Shown here piece by piece: positions 47,041-57,931 of a stretch of DNA of 64,000 bases (positions are counted from its first letter, which is position 1; each line of letters starts with the position of its first letter). Location of the stretch: the NCBI GenBank assembly GCA_964631415.1, contig CAZVZC010000004.1:1-64000 (forward strand), read 5' to 3'. The translations under genes and the position numbers were made by a program. This stretch comes from an uncultured archaeon. GTDB taxonomy: Archaea; Asgardarchaeota; Thorarchaeia; Thorarchaeales; Thorarchaeaceae. The notes beneath the pieces were generated by a model. That model was not told where the DNA came from. It saw nothing but the letters and a program-made list of their open reading frames with translations, and ran no database searches.

Positions 47041-49161
47041 GTGCCATTCCGCGACTTTCTCACCGTGATAAGACCGCTACTGGACCTGTACGATGAATGC
47101 GAATACGAGGACGCATCCATCATAGCCAAGAAGGAACTCGCTGCTGCAACCGACCATGGACTGTCAGTCCTTCTGCAGGCACTGATGCTTCATTTCGAGG
47201 GCTACTCTAGGTGGGAGTCCTCATACGACTATGCGATGGCTAGGAACCTGTTGCGCCAAGCAGACGAGGTCATTGATGCGAGCGTCGATTCATGCCCAAG
47301 ACTGGATCAGAAAGGACTGCGTTCGGTCAAGATACTCAATGGTGTCGTGACTTCGGCAATCGACCTTGAGAACGCTCTCATCTCGGCAGACCCACAATCG
47401 ATGATGGAGTTGGCTAGCAGGGTGGAGAGTCTAGCTGAGAGTGGGCTTCAGCAATTGGAGGGTCTCGAGGAACAGAAGGGGGACTTCGTGGACTGGCTCC
47501 GATCACAGCTGAGAGTCTGGAAGCACTATGGGGCAGGAGTGGCCGCCTATGGCAGGGCAATGTCCGCACTAAGGACACCTAAGTTCAAAGAGGTATATCC
47601 TGAGTCGGAGAGAGTAATTCTCGCGAGCCTTGAGTTCCTCGACAATTATGGCGACGAAGACTCCTACACCGAACTCTCAAGCTACTACGCATTTCTGCAG
47701 CGCCATGCCGAGATGGCTGACAGACACCCAGAGTATCTGGTTCTCAAAAACAACGAACTCACTTGGCTGTTCAGCTTCTGGGTTGAGGAGAAGTGCCTGA
47801 ACACCATACTGGACAGGCTAATCGAAGACGGCCGCGGATTCATTGACCATATGGGCTCAGCGGGCATACACGCTGAAGCCGTGGATGAGGACTCTCTCAG
47901 CGACCTGTTTGAGACCGTGTTGGGAAAAGACCGGATGAAGAATGTGGTCATTCCATTGAAACCGGTCACCATGAGATTCAGAGGTAAGACCGTGTCATTG
48001 GCACTGTCTATCCGCCTGTACAGATATGCAGTTGGCAGCATCTATCTCAAAACGGAAGAGGATGAGATGACTGTTTCTGATTTACGAACTTATCTGACTT
48101 TCAATGGGCCTCAGTCGGCAGAGTATTCGATTGAGTGGGAAGACAGAGCATACAGATATCTGCCCGAGCTGGCCCTCGAAATTGTCGCAGCCCTGCAGGA
48201 CACATTCAAGAAGATCGAACCGAGTGCGGTCGTCAGATTCGTCCCACATCTCAATTGGTACGCATATGCTCTGATTCGTCGTGGCATATGGGGCAGGAGC
48301 GACAGAGGAGAAACGGCACTCGCCCTCAATGAGGCCAGCGAGCACCCCGACTTCAGGGGTCTGCTAATAGGACAGATGGAGGCTCGTGCTGCCCTGAACG
48401 ACTGGATTGCCAGAGACCCGCTTCGGTCCCGCAACCTGGCCCCGATACGCTCGCACACAACGGACCTCTTGGTGACGACTGAGAATCATGGAATCCTCTC
48501 TTTCCCAGATGATCCTCATTGGGTGGTTGTGCAGTATCAGGAAACGATAGAAACAGTCGTACGTCTGCGCTGTCTGATCTCGACGCTCATAGAGATCGCA
48601 GGGGAGCTTCTGGACTCCTTTGTTGAAGAGACCGCCGATCTTGCAGGAGAACTTGACAGCCTTGACGTTGATGTGGCCGAAAAGAGAATCGCAGAAACCC
48701 GCAGGCAGCTGTTGCCAGTGATTCACTTCGACACAATGGCGCACATGAACATCGAACTCATCCGTGGCACTTTCACATCCCACTTTCGGGACCACGCAGA
48801 ACTGCTCAGAGCCGTAATGGATGCTGTGAATGTCAATCCCATGGTTGAGTTTCTGGAACGTAGACTAGGAATACTCTCTCATCATGAAACCCTCTTCTCC
48901 GAGATCGCGGCAGGGGTAGTGGAGAGAAGGGAGAAAGAGCAGGAGAAGATGGAGGCCAAACACGAAGAGCGACGGACTAGAGCGACTGAGCTGGTTGAGA
49001 TATTCATATCTGTGCTGGCAATAGGCGAGATACTCGGCATGTTCTTTGGAGCCCTCAGGGGCGACCCCTTCTTGCTGGTCATTCTGCCGATACAGGAGTT
49101 CATTGTCTACGTCGCCACAATCATTGTGGTGTTCAGTCTGATCCTCTACATTCGTAGGTGA
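47041..49161 (+). CDS. Large hypothetical protein with helical N-terminus, coiled coil and two C-terminal TM helices (CorA-like layout)
   Basis: GAGGTGA SD before GTG 47041; about 700 aa; directly downstream of the GNAT gene. Confidence 0.75.
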   Translation: MPFRDFLTVIRPLLDLYDECEYEDASIIAKKELAAATDHGLSVLLQALMLHFEGYSRWESSYDYAMARNLLRQADEVIDASVDSCPRLDQKGLRSVKILNGVVTSAIDLENALISADPQSMMELASRVESLAESGLQQLEGLEEQKGDFVDWLRSQLRVWKHYGAGVAAYGRAMSALRTPKFKEVYPESERVILASLEFLDNYGDEDSYTELSSYYAFLQRHAEMADRHPEYLVLKNNELTWLFSFWVEEKCLNTILDRLIEDGRGFIDHMGSAGIHAEAVDEDSLSDLFETVLGKDRMKNVVIPLKPVTMRFRGKTVSLALSIRLYRYAVGSIYLKTEEDEMTVSDLRTYLTFNGPQSAEYSIEWEDRAYRYLPELALEIVAALQDTFKKIEPSAVVRFVPHLNWYAYALIRRGIWGRSDRGETALALNEASEHPDFRGLLIGQMEARAALNDWIARDPLRSRNLAPIRSHTTDLLVTTENHGILSFPDDPHWVVVQYQETIETVVRLRCLISTLIEIAGELLDSFVEETADLAGELDSLDVDVAEKRIAETRRQLLPVIHFDTMAHMNIELIRGTFTSHFRDHAELLRAVMDAVNVNPMVEFLERRLGILSHHETLFSEIAAGVVERREKEQEKMEAKHEERRTRATELVEIFISVLAIGEILGMFFGALRGDPFLLVILPIQEFIVYVATIIVVFSLILYIRR

Positions 49162-49308
49162 AGCATCACCGGGGTCAGTAGTTCACTAATGATCTTGTGC
49201 ACATGGGCGGCAGGAAGTGACCGTGAAACGGCCATGCCAAGGAGGAAGAATCTGTTCAGCCAATAGCGTAATTAGTCAGACTGGACCACGTGTAACACCA
49301 AACAGACC

Positions 49309-50043
49309 ATGACCGTCCAAGGGTTCTCTGCAAACGCTGAGCAGGCGTGGAATGAACTCGAGTGGCTTGCCAGCGCTAGAGAGTTAATCCACTGGTCCAA
49401 TACGACCAGTGCTGAAGAGCCCCTGATGCTAGTTGTCAGGCACTCCCACAGAGAAGTAATCGCCAGCTACGATGACATGATTGGCAGAGGACTGACCCCA
49501 CTCGGGCACGCCATGGCCAAGGAGTTTGGCAGGCGATTGCCGCCGCGAAAGAACGTCCATATATTCCACAGCTATGTGCCGCGATGCCAAGAAACTGCTG
49601 AAGATATCGCAGAAGGTATTCATGACAGAGGCGGGCAAGTAGACTTGGTTGAGGCATCAGACCTGCTCGTCGGCCCAATAGTGGTTGACCCTCAGTTGTG
49701 GCGGAAGCTGGGAAAGGATGGGATTTGGGTTCTCCAGTTCGTGAATGACTGGTCCAGAGGAGTGTTCACAGAGAGGCAGATTGAGCCTATTCAGGAGTTC
49801 AGGAGAAGGGTTGTTCGTGAGGTGATCGGGAAGCTCAGGATGGCTCCAACGGATTCGATGCGCCTACATGTGACCCATGACCTGTTCCTAGTGGCCGCAA
49901 GAAGTTTGCTACGGACAGCTTCTGCCAGCCGTGAGAGGCCCGCTTACCTCGGGGGGTTCGGTGTTTTGCTAAAGCCCGACAAGCTTGTCATCTTTGACGC
50001 GGGAAGAAGCGAGGAGGTTTCAACCCCGGAGCAGGAGCAATAG
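49309..50043 (+). CDS. Histidine phosphatase superfamily protein
   Basis: VVRHS, LT..G, S...RC.ETA and VTHD motifs. Confidence 0.88.
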   Translation: MTVQGFSANAEQAWNELEWLASARELIHWSNTTSAEEPLMLVVRHSHREVIASYDDMIGRGLTPLGHAMAKEFGRRLPPRKNVHIFHSYVPRCQETAEDIAEGIHDRGGQVDLVEASDLLVGPIVVDPQLWRKLGKDGIWVLQFVNDWSRGVFTERQIEPIQEFRRRVVREVIGKLRMAPTDSMRLHVTHDLFLVAARSLLRTASASRERPAYLGGFGVLLKPDKLVIFDAGRSEEVSTPEQEQ

Positions 50044-50119
50044 GCACCATTCGTATAGTTCGGAAAGATGACCCAATGCTGTGCACAGGTTCTCGGCATG
50101 TCTTCGAAACCCTCGTGCA

Positions 50120-51067
50120 TCAATCAGGGGCGTGAAGACGTTCACCAAGCCACGACAGGAAGACATCGCCGTCTTCTGCGAATACAATCTCAAGATGTGA
50201 TTCTTTCTTGAGGATGAACTCCGTGCTTGCATCATCGGGTTCCACATTTAAGACTCCCAAAGCACTCTTATATGGCACGCGATTGACAGCGACAGCCATC
50301 GCAAAACAGTCATGCGGGCAGGTGCCTATGATAGGCTCGTTAAAGAGCGCAGACCGATAGCGCAGCCAGACATCTAACATCCTGCCTACAAGGCGAACAT
50401 GAGGGACCTTTGTTTGACGAAAACGGTCTATGGCGCGCCCTTCCAGCCAGTATCGACAGGTGGCATCATTTGTGACGACACGCATCGGAACACCTGACTG
50501 AAGGACTCGGCTTGCGGCTGCCATGTCACAGAGGATATTGTGCGAATGCCTAGCCCGATAAGACTGGCCACTGAACAGTGTTGGTGGAAGGCTTTGGGGG
50601 TAGGTCAGACCCCCACCCATAAACACGATCTCCTTCAAATCGTCTATCAGATGGGGGCTGGACTCAAGCGCCTTAGCAACGTTTGTGAGAGCACCAAGTG
50701 CCACGAGTGTGACTTCCTTGGGATGGGTCATCACTTGGTCCATGATGAGACTCGTGGCATCATCAATAACGTTGAACTTGTCAAGCGGCGCTTCAATCTC
50801 GTCCTTTGTGAGGATACCTTCGCCTTCGGTACCTGCTGTCCAAACGGGCATGAGTGACAGCATGGGTTCGGAAGCTCCCGCCGCCACCGGCGTGTTCAGC
50901 CCAGCTGCTGCTACAATCTTGCGTGCAATCTTTGCGCGTAGCTCAGTAGGTCCGTATACTGTTGTGATTCCTAGTATCTCCACATCTTTGAGATGAATCG
51001 CCAGCAACAGAGCCAAGGCATCATCAATGTCCGAACCAATGTCAGTGTCGATAAGAACACGCTTCAT
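50120..51067 (-). CDS. Nucleoside hydrolase (IU-NH family)
   Basis: IDTDIGSDIDD, GALTN, MGG and PHD motifs. Confidence 0.9.
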   Translation of the reverse strand: MKRVLIDTDIGSDIDDALALLLAIHLKDVEILGITTVYGPTELRAKIARKIVAAAGLNTPVAAGASEPMLSLMPVWTAGTEGEGILTKDEIEAPLDKFNVIDDATSLIMDQVMTHPKEVTLVALGALTNVAKALESSPHLIDDLKEIVFMGGGLTYPQSLPPTLFSGQSYRARHSHNILCDMAAASRVLQSGVPMRVVTNDATCRYWLEGRAIDRFRQTKVPHVRLVGRMLDVWLRYRSALFNEPIIGTCPHDCFAMAVAVNRVPYKSALGVLNVEPDDASTEFILKKESHLEIVFAEDGDVFLSWLGERLHAPD

Positions 51068-51771
51068 TCTCGCTCCACCCTCTGACACGAAGATCGATGC
51101 CGAGTTTCATGATGACCCGTATCATTCTGATGGACGGGATAGCCGTTATGATGTGCCGATAGAATGTCAGATCGCAGCAGAATCTCGACGCAGCAGAAAC
51201 CGACTACAAGTATCGCCAATCCTACTATGAACCATACTTCTGGTGGGGTATTGGCTATTCCATCTACGCACACTCCGAAAGTGCAGGAAACATCCTCAAA
51301 GAATGCAGCCGCCCCTGAGTCCACCCAACATACTACCACAAACTCTGCGACAGCCAAGAACATGTGACAACCATTGTTGGGCATATCATCATTTACGAAA
51401 CTCACTTCGATTGACATGTTCTCCGCATGCCATGTCACCTGCGAATGCGAGTCCGGCTCGGCAGTGGCATTGCTGGTCGCAAAGACTACTCCGATGTGTT
51501 TCCTCCACAGCAGCTCGTGTGTCGGCCACCACTCTTCGACACGAACTGCAGCCAATGTTTCCGAAATCGAGGTGTTGTAGGACAAGGCAGACTGGTTGAA
51601 ACCTGCTAGGTCCAAGACGACACTGAATCCGAAGCCTTTGACATTGCCTGTCGGGGTCGCATCACCACTCAAGGTATAGCTGCCCACAAGCATGCTCGAT
51701 GGGACCGCCCCGACGGGTGAGCATGGAAGGCAGCACAGTGCGAGAACTAGGGGGATTGCAGTCTGATACAT
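51064..51771 (-). CDS. Hypothetical secreted/membrane-anchored protein
   Basis: Signal-like segment after ATG 51771 and C-terminal TM helix; ATGA overlap with the hydrolase gene. Confidence 0.55.
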   Translation of the reverse strand: MYQTAIPLVLALCCLPCSPVGAVPSSMLVGSYTLSGDATPTGNVKGFGFSVVLDLAGFNQSALSYNTSISETLAAVRVEEWWPTHELLWRKHIGVVFATSNATAEPDSHSQVTWHAENMSIEVSFVNDDMPNNGCHMFLAVAEFVVVCWVDSGAAAFFEDVSCTFGVCVDGIANTPPEVWFIVGLAILVVGFCCVEILLRSDILSAHHNGYPVHQNDTGHHETRHRSSCQRVERE

Positions 51772-51969
51772 GCGCAAGACGAACCACTCTCCAATGCACC
51801 CGAGCATCTGGTACTGAGCTAGGAGCTCGAAACGAACACGATTGCCCTTATGACATACAGATGTAACACCGACCGCATATGTCTTTTGCAGGGAATGACC
51901 CCTCCTCGACACTGCGATGAGAGATTCCTAGGAAAAAGGATAAACCTGATGCGAAGTGAGCATGCAAAC

Positions 51970-52938
51970 ATGGAGTATGATGGTGTGAAACTGCTGAAAC
52001 CCCCAAGGCTTGCTGCAGGGGACACAATCGGGATCGTCGCTCCGTCCCACCCGGTTGCGCCCTTTCAGGCAATGTACGACCAAGGAATAAAGAACCTGAG
52101 AAGCCTCGGCTTTCGGATCAAGGAGGGCAACACAGTCAAGCTTCAGCACGAAGGCTACATGGCCGGCACGGACCAGCAAAGAGCCGATGACATCAACAGT
52201 ATGTTTGCAGACGAAGAAGTGAAGGCGATAGTCTGCGCCCTCGGGGGACAAGTAGCCATTCGAGCTCTGCGCTACTTGGACTTCAGTCTGATAAGGAGAA
52301 ACCCCAAGATATTCTCTGGAATGAGTGACATATCGACATACCACATTGCCATGCTGGCGAAGACGGGTCTCAGTGGTCTCCACCAGAGCGATGTGACTTT
52401 CGCATTTGGGGGAGAGGTGCACAGCAACGACACTTACGAAAGAGATCTCTTTCTGAGAATAACAGAGAACCCAGAACCACTAGGCATCCTGCCAGCTCTC
52501 ACGAGCTGGGATGTCTGGCGCGAGGGCTCTGCCAAGGGCAGGCTGTTTGGTGGAAACATGAATAGCATTCAATGCCTGCTCGGGACTCACTACGTTCCCA
52601 AGCTGACCGAGGATGTCATCTTCTTCTGGGAATCGATGACACAGCCTCTTAGCCACATCGACCAGAAGTTGGCTCACTTCAGAGAGGCAGGCCTTTTCGA
52701 CAGAGCTGTTGGAATGCTGATAGGCAAGATCAGGGGAGATGAGGGGGGTTCTGTGAAAGACATGACAGCTGAAGTGAAGCCGGTCGCTGTTGATATAGCT
52801 GAGGAGTTTGACGTTCCTGTCATTGCAGGCATGGACTTCGGTCACTATACACCCAACCTGCCTCTACCCATGTGGCTCAAGGCGAGCATGGACACTGAGA
52901 ACCCGACCGTACGCATTGAGGAGTCCTATGTCGTATGA
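51970..52938 (+). CDS. S66 peptidase (LD-carboxypeptidase/MccF family)
   Basis: IGIVAPS, G.SD, GGN and DFGH motifs. Confidence 0.93.
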   Translation: MEYDGVKLLKPPRLAAGDTIGIVAPSHPVAPFQAMYDQGIKNLRSLGFRIKEGNTVKLQHEGYMAGTDQQRADDINSMFADEEVKAIVCALGGQVAIRALRYLDFSLIRRNPKIFSGMSDISTYHIAMLAKTGLSGLHQSDVTFAFGGEVHSNDTYERDLFLRITENPEPLGILPALTSWDVWREGSAKGRLFGGNMNSIQCLLGTHYVPKLTEDVIFFWESMTQPLSHIDQKLAHFREAGLFDRAVGMLIGKIRGDEGGSVKDMTAEVKPVAVDIAEEFDVPVIAGMDFGHYTPNLPLPMWLKASMDTENPTVRIEESYVV

Positions 52939-52956
52939 AGGGGCCGTTTCCGGAAT

Positions 52957-53556
52957 CTACCAGGGTGTGGAACTGCCCATCCAGCCAAAGAGGAAAGCCC
53001 AGACCAGCTGTGTGCCAATCAGCAGGTTGACCAATGCGATGGCAGGACCAAGCGGCACATCATGAAGCTTGTTGAAGGCGACAACATACAGATATCCCAC
53101 CCAAAGACCAGAGATCAGTCCGAAGAAGGGGATCCACCCAAAGAGCAATACAGGCGCAGTTGCGTATGCTCCCACCTTGAATGAGTCCAGAAGTGTGCCG
53201 TGACCTCGTAGTATCTTGGCAAAGCCATGGAACAGGAGCCCTATGACAGGCAACTTCGCGATATTGCCAACGTATGTCAATAGAGCCACCCAGAAGTAGC
53301 GAGAGATGCCTGTTGACACGTCAAGCGAGGGAGCAGCCGCGTAAGCCCCCATCTGAGCGTTGGTCCCTGCATGGACTATGTCGCAGGGGACACCAAACCA
53401 GTTCACAACCGGAGTTAGTACTGCAATCACGATGTTAAGAATCAAGAACCAACGCAAGACCGGCCAGTAGCCCGGGACCGACTTCTCTTGAGCAAAGGCG
53501 GTATCGGGTCGCGAAATGAACTCCCATGACTTCCTGAAGTCCGGAGGGGCTCTCAT
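52957..53556 (-). CDS. Yip1 domain membrane protein
   Basis: P..AF, H..AK..G.G...SFK..AY...P.LL.GWIP. Confidence 0.85.
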   Translation of the reverse strand: MRAPPDFRKSWEFISRPDTAFAQEKSVPGYWPVLRWFLILNIVIAVLTPVVNWFGVPCDIVHAGTNAQMGAYAAAPSLDVSTGISRYFWVALLTYVGNIAKLPVIGLLFHGFAKILRGHGTLLDSFKVGAYATAPVLLFGWIPFFGLISGLWVGYLYVVAFNKLHDVPLGPAIALVNLLIGTQLVWAFLFGWMGSSTPW

Positions 53557-53838
53557 GGTACCACCACCCAACAACTCTTCCTGAGCTGAACAAGGCCAAC
53601 TGACCATTTATGACCTTCGAACTGCGAGTTGTTTGCGCAGTTGTCAACTCTCTTCGTTATGGACCCCTTCTGTGATGTGCGACAGCTTTGTTGCTGCATC
53701 TCGTCCGTCATTCAACCATCTGATCGATTATCACCGATAAGGGTCCGGGCGGCATTGCTTTGGTAGGACTACTGGTAAGGATCACTCGATTATTCATGGT
53801 CAGTGATCGGATTTCCAGAAGAAGGAACACCAAGTTGT

Positions 53839-54537
53839 CTATGACCACATCGGAAATGGTTGAAGGTCCTGTATGATTATCTGAAACAGCTCAGGGTAAC
53901 TCAGTCCTATCAACACCGGTGTAAGAAAGAGAAGGACCACGCAGATGCCACCGAAGGCAATAGTTGCGTAATCGTTGCGCGTCCATTTCACCGGCATGTC
54001 CACGTCCGAAACAACCGTTTCTGTTTCGATTAGGCGCTCCTCTGGTACATGTGCCCGAAATGCGGTGGCCCACTCCTCTTCAACGCCATTATCCTCTGGC
54101 ACATTGTCGCTCTTCTTGTCGTTTCTCTTTGCAATTGCAGTGGTCGTGGTCCGGGCGACATCGTCAACAGACAACATGATTCCGCGTACTGCGCTCTCGT
54201 ATGCTCCAATTCCTGCTCCACTACGAACACCAACCTGACTCACTCGTCCTACACGGGAAATGCCCCCGAGTCCAGCCATGCCAAACAGGACACCCAAGTA
54301 TGCGCTCACTGCAAAGGAGAACGCGATAAACGACATGTCGAGCTTCAGGTTCCAGAAGGACCCACCAACTGCCTTCCTCAAACAATCTGGACAATGACTG
54401 TGTTGCCGTGCCAGCTCAAGCACAAAGTGAAAATCAACAATGACGACCAACCAGAATAGGCTGACGAAAACGCTGAGGACTACCGCGAGAACGATATAGA
54501 GCACATTGAAGGCTCTGCTCTCATCGTGGCTGATCAT
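53839..54537 (-). CDS. Hypothetical membrane protein
   Basis: LAVVLS..SLFWLV..HF.LE; several TM helices; start uncertain. Confidence 0.7.
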   Translation of the reverse strand: MISHDESRAFNVLYIVLAVVLSVFVSLFWLVVIVDFHFVLELARQHSHCPDCLRKAVGGSFWNLKLDMSFIAFSFAVSAYLGVLFGMAGLGGISRVGRVSQVGVRSGAGIGAYESAVRGIMLSVDDVARTTTTAIAKRNDKKSDNVPEDNGVEEEWATAFRAHVPEERLIETETVVSDVDMPVKWTRNDYATIAFGGICVVLLFLTPVLIGLSYPELFQIIIQDLQPFPMWS

Positions 54538-54756
54538 CCAAATGTGGGCAGAGCTCAGACGCCCAGGGCTCAGCTTGAACACCAGTGGTGACCATGGCAT
54601 CTTGCGCATTTAGACTATGTGGACACGACTTCGAACAGGAAGGCACAGTGCTCCTCCTGGCTGCTGACGTTCCGGTTTTCCTCTTCTTGGGTCTGGTCGT
54701 ATTCCCCACAAGCTAGAAGAACCGCTTCGATCAATTCATTGTGGGTACATCATTGT

Positions 54757-55815
54757 TTGAGTAGTGAAGTCGCCCTTAGACGGTTCGATCCGAGAGTAAT
54801 CCATGATGGCCTTCTTCAGAGAAATGAGGAAGAGGGTGCAAGGTGTCTGACCTGCAACCATCGCTGCCTTATCCCAGATAGTGCAAGGGGCTTTTGCGGC
54901 ACGAGAACGAATTTCAATGGCAGGGTGACCACGTTGTGTTTTGGCAACATTTCCTCGATCAGCAATAACCCCATAGAGAAGAAGCCATTCTTCCACTTCG
55001 CCCCGGGAACGATGGCGCTCACTGTTGGAAGCTGGGGCTGCAATGCCACATGTGGTTTTTGTCAGAACTACGAGATATCGAAAAGACATCCGAGTCCTCA
55101 GATATCAAGGTACATGAGTCCAGAGGAGTTCGTCGAGCGGGCTATGATAGAAGGGAGCGAAGGAACATCAATCTCACTCAATGAGGCCGCCACGCTCATG
55201 CTCGAGTGGAACCTAGAGGTCTTCAGGAAAGCCCACAGCAAGGGTCTATACAACACAATCGTCACGAATGGATACATGACCACAGAGGCGCTCGATCTCA
55301 TGATTGACGCAGGTCTTGATGCAGCTAACGTCGATGTGAAGGGGTGTGCGGAAGGCGTCAAGAGAGTCTGCGGCCTTACAGTAGATCGAGTCTGGGACAA
55401 TATCACCCATATGAGCAAGAGAGGAGTGCATGTTGAGCTGACCACTCTGGTCGTACCAGGACTGAGTGACGACAATGAGTGTCTTCAAGAAATCTCATCT
55501 CGCATAGTCAGTGACGTAGGTGCGGACACGCCTTGGCATGTGAACAGGTATTTCCCTCATTATCACTTCAGAGAACCGCAGACGCCGATTGAAACGCTCC
55601 TTGGTGCGAGAGAAGTAGGTAAGCATCAAGGTCTACAATATGTGTATGTAGGCAATCTGTGGCAGCAAGGACTGGAAGACACCATATGCCCGGCCTGCGG
55701 CCATGTCTGCTACGTGAGGATGGGGTTCCAATCAAACAATACAGGCACTGATTCTCAGGGAAAGTGTACTCAGTGCGGGCACAACTTGGGAATACGATAC
55801 TGGTCAAGAAACTGA
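54757..55815 (+). CDS. amrS: AmmeMemoRadiSam system radical SAM enzyme (PflA-like)
   Basis: C..C.H.C, PIEKKP..HF.PG, GCN..C.FCQN and YVYVGN motifs; C-terminal Zn cysteines. Confidence 0.92.
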   Translation: MSSEVALRRFDPRVIHDGLLQRNEEEGARCLTCNHRCLIPDSARGFCGTRTNFNGRVTTLCFGNISSISNNPIEKKPFFHFAPGTMALTVGSWGCNATCGFCQNYEISKRHPSPQISRYMSPEEFVERAMIEGSEGTSISLNEAATLMLEWNLEVFRKAHSKGLYNTIVTNGYMTTEALDLMIDAGLDAANVDVKGCAEGVKRVCGLTVDRVWDNITHMSKRGVHVELTTLVVPGLSDDNECLQEISSRIVSDVGADTPWHVNRYFPHYHFREPQTPIETLLGAREVGKHQGLQYVYVGNLWQQGLEDTICPACGHVCYVRMGFQSNNTGTDSQGKCTQCGHNLGIRYWSRN

Positions 55816-55946
55816 CTCGTGGACGTCGTCCATGGAAACCGCGTCAGAGGGAGGCCCTCGAAAGCCCAGATACAACGGATGGCACGAGCGAGGCTCCCAT
55901 CGGCACGATAGGTTTCACGAGCAGGCGGGCCCATGCACCTTCGGTC

Positions 55947-57812
55947 CTACTTCATTTCCGCCGATAGCCGGGCAGGAAGAAGACGCTTCATCAGAAGTGT
56001 CAATGTTGTGGTCAACGTGAATACTAGGAATGACAGGACGAAGAAGAAGTACATCAGCGACCTGTCAGCATTGCTCAAGAACCAGAGTAATCCGGGTCCA
56101 CTGTCGACAATGAAGTATGCGGTGACAGAGAGATAGATCCCTGTTATGATGAAGATGAATAGTGCTAACCACACCATTGCATCCTTCGGAGCCCCCGATT
56201 TCTTGTCAGACAGTCTGAGAAGCAAGAAGAGAACAACCAGACTAGGCAACAGAGCAAACAACGTGGGGCCGAACAATCGGATCAGGAAGTCTTCGACAGA
56301 AGTGAAGAAGTAGCTGGCTGAGAACCTCCAGCCAAACAGAAGCAATCCGACATATAGCAGCGCGAAGTATATGACAACGACAACTACAGTGGCCGCCACT
56401 CGTTGTCCGTCTGCAAGCGCAGTCTTTGTACTGCTAAAAGAGTTTCTGAACAAGACAGGCACGACCAAGATTCCGGCGAAAATACACGCCAGTACGACCA
56501 GAAGCCTTGTGGTTCGTTCTTCAGCGACCTTTGCATTCCACGACGTTCGGAGAATGCTCTCGGAGACCTCGATAGATGTGATTGCACCGTTGGTGGCAGC
56601 ACTGCTATTTCCGCTCGTGAAGTTGCCTCGGGCATACGTGATGAGTTGTTCGGCCTCTGCAATCTGGGACTGATATTGAGTAAGATAGCCCATCTTGCTG
56701 ACTCTGTGTGTTGCCTGTGCTATGCGTATCTCTGATAGATTGATTCTGTAGACGGCCTCTTGTTGGAGGGTGAAGCTCAGGCATTGGAACAGGACCGTTC
56801 CTGAGCAGTCAGAAGGCACAGCCCAACCCATTACGGCAGCAATGGTGGGAGCAATCGAGTTCTGATGCAGAGGATCGGCATACGTCCCTGACTTCACACC
56901 CGGTCCTCTAATCAGCAGGGGTATGTGAAGCACCTCTTCCTCGATGCCGCCGTGTTCGCCCTTACCTGAAAGGACATCGACTTGCCCATGATCAGCAACT
57001 ACAATCACAAGTGTGGTATTCAGCAGCCCCATAGCATCGTATGCGTCCAGCACCTCTCCAATGTACGTGTCTTCGTTCTTCAGCGCCGTCACATACGACT
57101 CGCTTGCAGTGCCGTTCTGATGGCCCGCCTCGTCAGTTTCGCCAAAGTGAACGAGCATGAACGTCGGAGAGTGCCTCTCCAAGACAAGACGTGCATAATC
57201 TGACACAAGACTGTCTCGATAATCAGGCAAGGTGGCCTCCGTGACCGGCACGCCGCTTGTCGCGTTTATCAGAACAGCTTCTTCATTGGGCACTTGGCTC
57301 GTGAACGCCAGAGAGTAGGTCAGCCAAGGGCCAAAAAGCCCGTACCAAGAGTCACTTCCAATCATGGCTGTAGTGCCCGAGTTCGTGACTGTCGTGTTCC
57401 AAATCGAGTCTGCAAGAAACACCCCTTTGTATTCGTTACTTATTACCTCACTCTCGGACGAGTTGACTCCGGATGAGATGACGCAGTAGCCGGTCTTGCT
57501 GACACTGAGAAGAGTGGAACACTGGACAGCAGTGAAATTGGCCCAGTCGTCGTAGGTTTCAATCTCTGGCTTTGACGTTCGATAGAAAGTGTCTGCGCGC
57601 ACGCCGTCCAGTACGAACACGACTGTCCGATTGGCCAATGGAGTCATCCCCATGCCTTCAATTGATGAAACAGGTCCGGAGGGCACGTAACTGTAAGGGT
57701 TCACAAAGGCCACATAGGTAGAGAGCCCGGACACTAAGAGCTGCAGGAAGCCAAGTGAAACGAGCAACATCAGTGCTACTGCATACCTGAGACTGCGATT
57801 GCATGCTGGCAT
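55947..57812 (-). CDS. Membrane-bound alkaline-phosphatase-superfamily enzyme (PIG-N/PIG-O-like topology)
   Basis: N-terminal TM; VLDGVRAD, H..ETD.AGH, ADHG and HGG motifs; about five C-terminal TM helices. Confidence 0.85.
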   Translation of the reverse strand: MPACNRSLRYAVALMLLVSLGFLQLLVSGLSTYVAFVNPYSYVPSGPVSSIEGMGMTPLANRTVVFVLDGVRADTFYRTSKPEIETYDDWANFTAVQCSTLLSVSKTGYCVISSGVNSSESEVISNEYKGVFLADSIWNTTVTNSGTTAMIGSDSWYGLFGPWLTYSLAFTSQVPNEEAVLINATSGVPVTEATLPDYRDSLVSDYARLVLERHSPTFMLVHFGETDEAGHQNGTASESYVTALKNEDTYIGEVLDAYDAMGLLNTTLVIVVADHGQVDVLSGKGEHGGIEEEVLHIPLLIRGPGVKSGTYADPLHQNSIAPTIAAVMGWAVPSDCSGTVLFQCLSFTLQQEAVYRINLSEIRIAQATHRVSKMGYLTQYQSQIAEAEQLITYARGNFTSGNSSAATNGAITSIEVSESILRTSWNAKVAEERTTRLLVVLACIFAGILVVPVLFRNSFSSTKTALADGQRVAATVVVVVIYFALLYVGLLLFGWRFSASYFFTSVEDFLIRLFGPTLFALLPSLVVLFLLLRLSDKKSGAPKDAMVWLALFIFIITGIYLSVTAYFIVDSGPGLLWFLSNADRSLMYFFFVLSFLVFTLTTTLTLLMKRLLPARLSAEMK

Positions 57813-57931
57813 CTAGCATTCGCCCCAAATGGTATTTGATGAGGAGTGCCTAAACCGGCAATCAATGCTATATCAATTGCTGCTCATGATTCTGAGCCCA
57901 TATCTTGCTGCTGCTAGTCCCCTAGTCGGAT

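Noticed and set aside
53650-53830. Intergenic hairpin GATCACT/AGTGATC as a possible ncRNA
   Set aside because: A single short stem with no supporting motifs.
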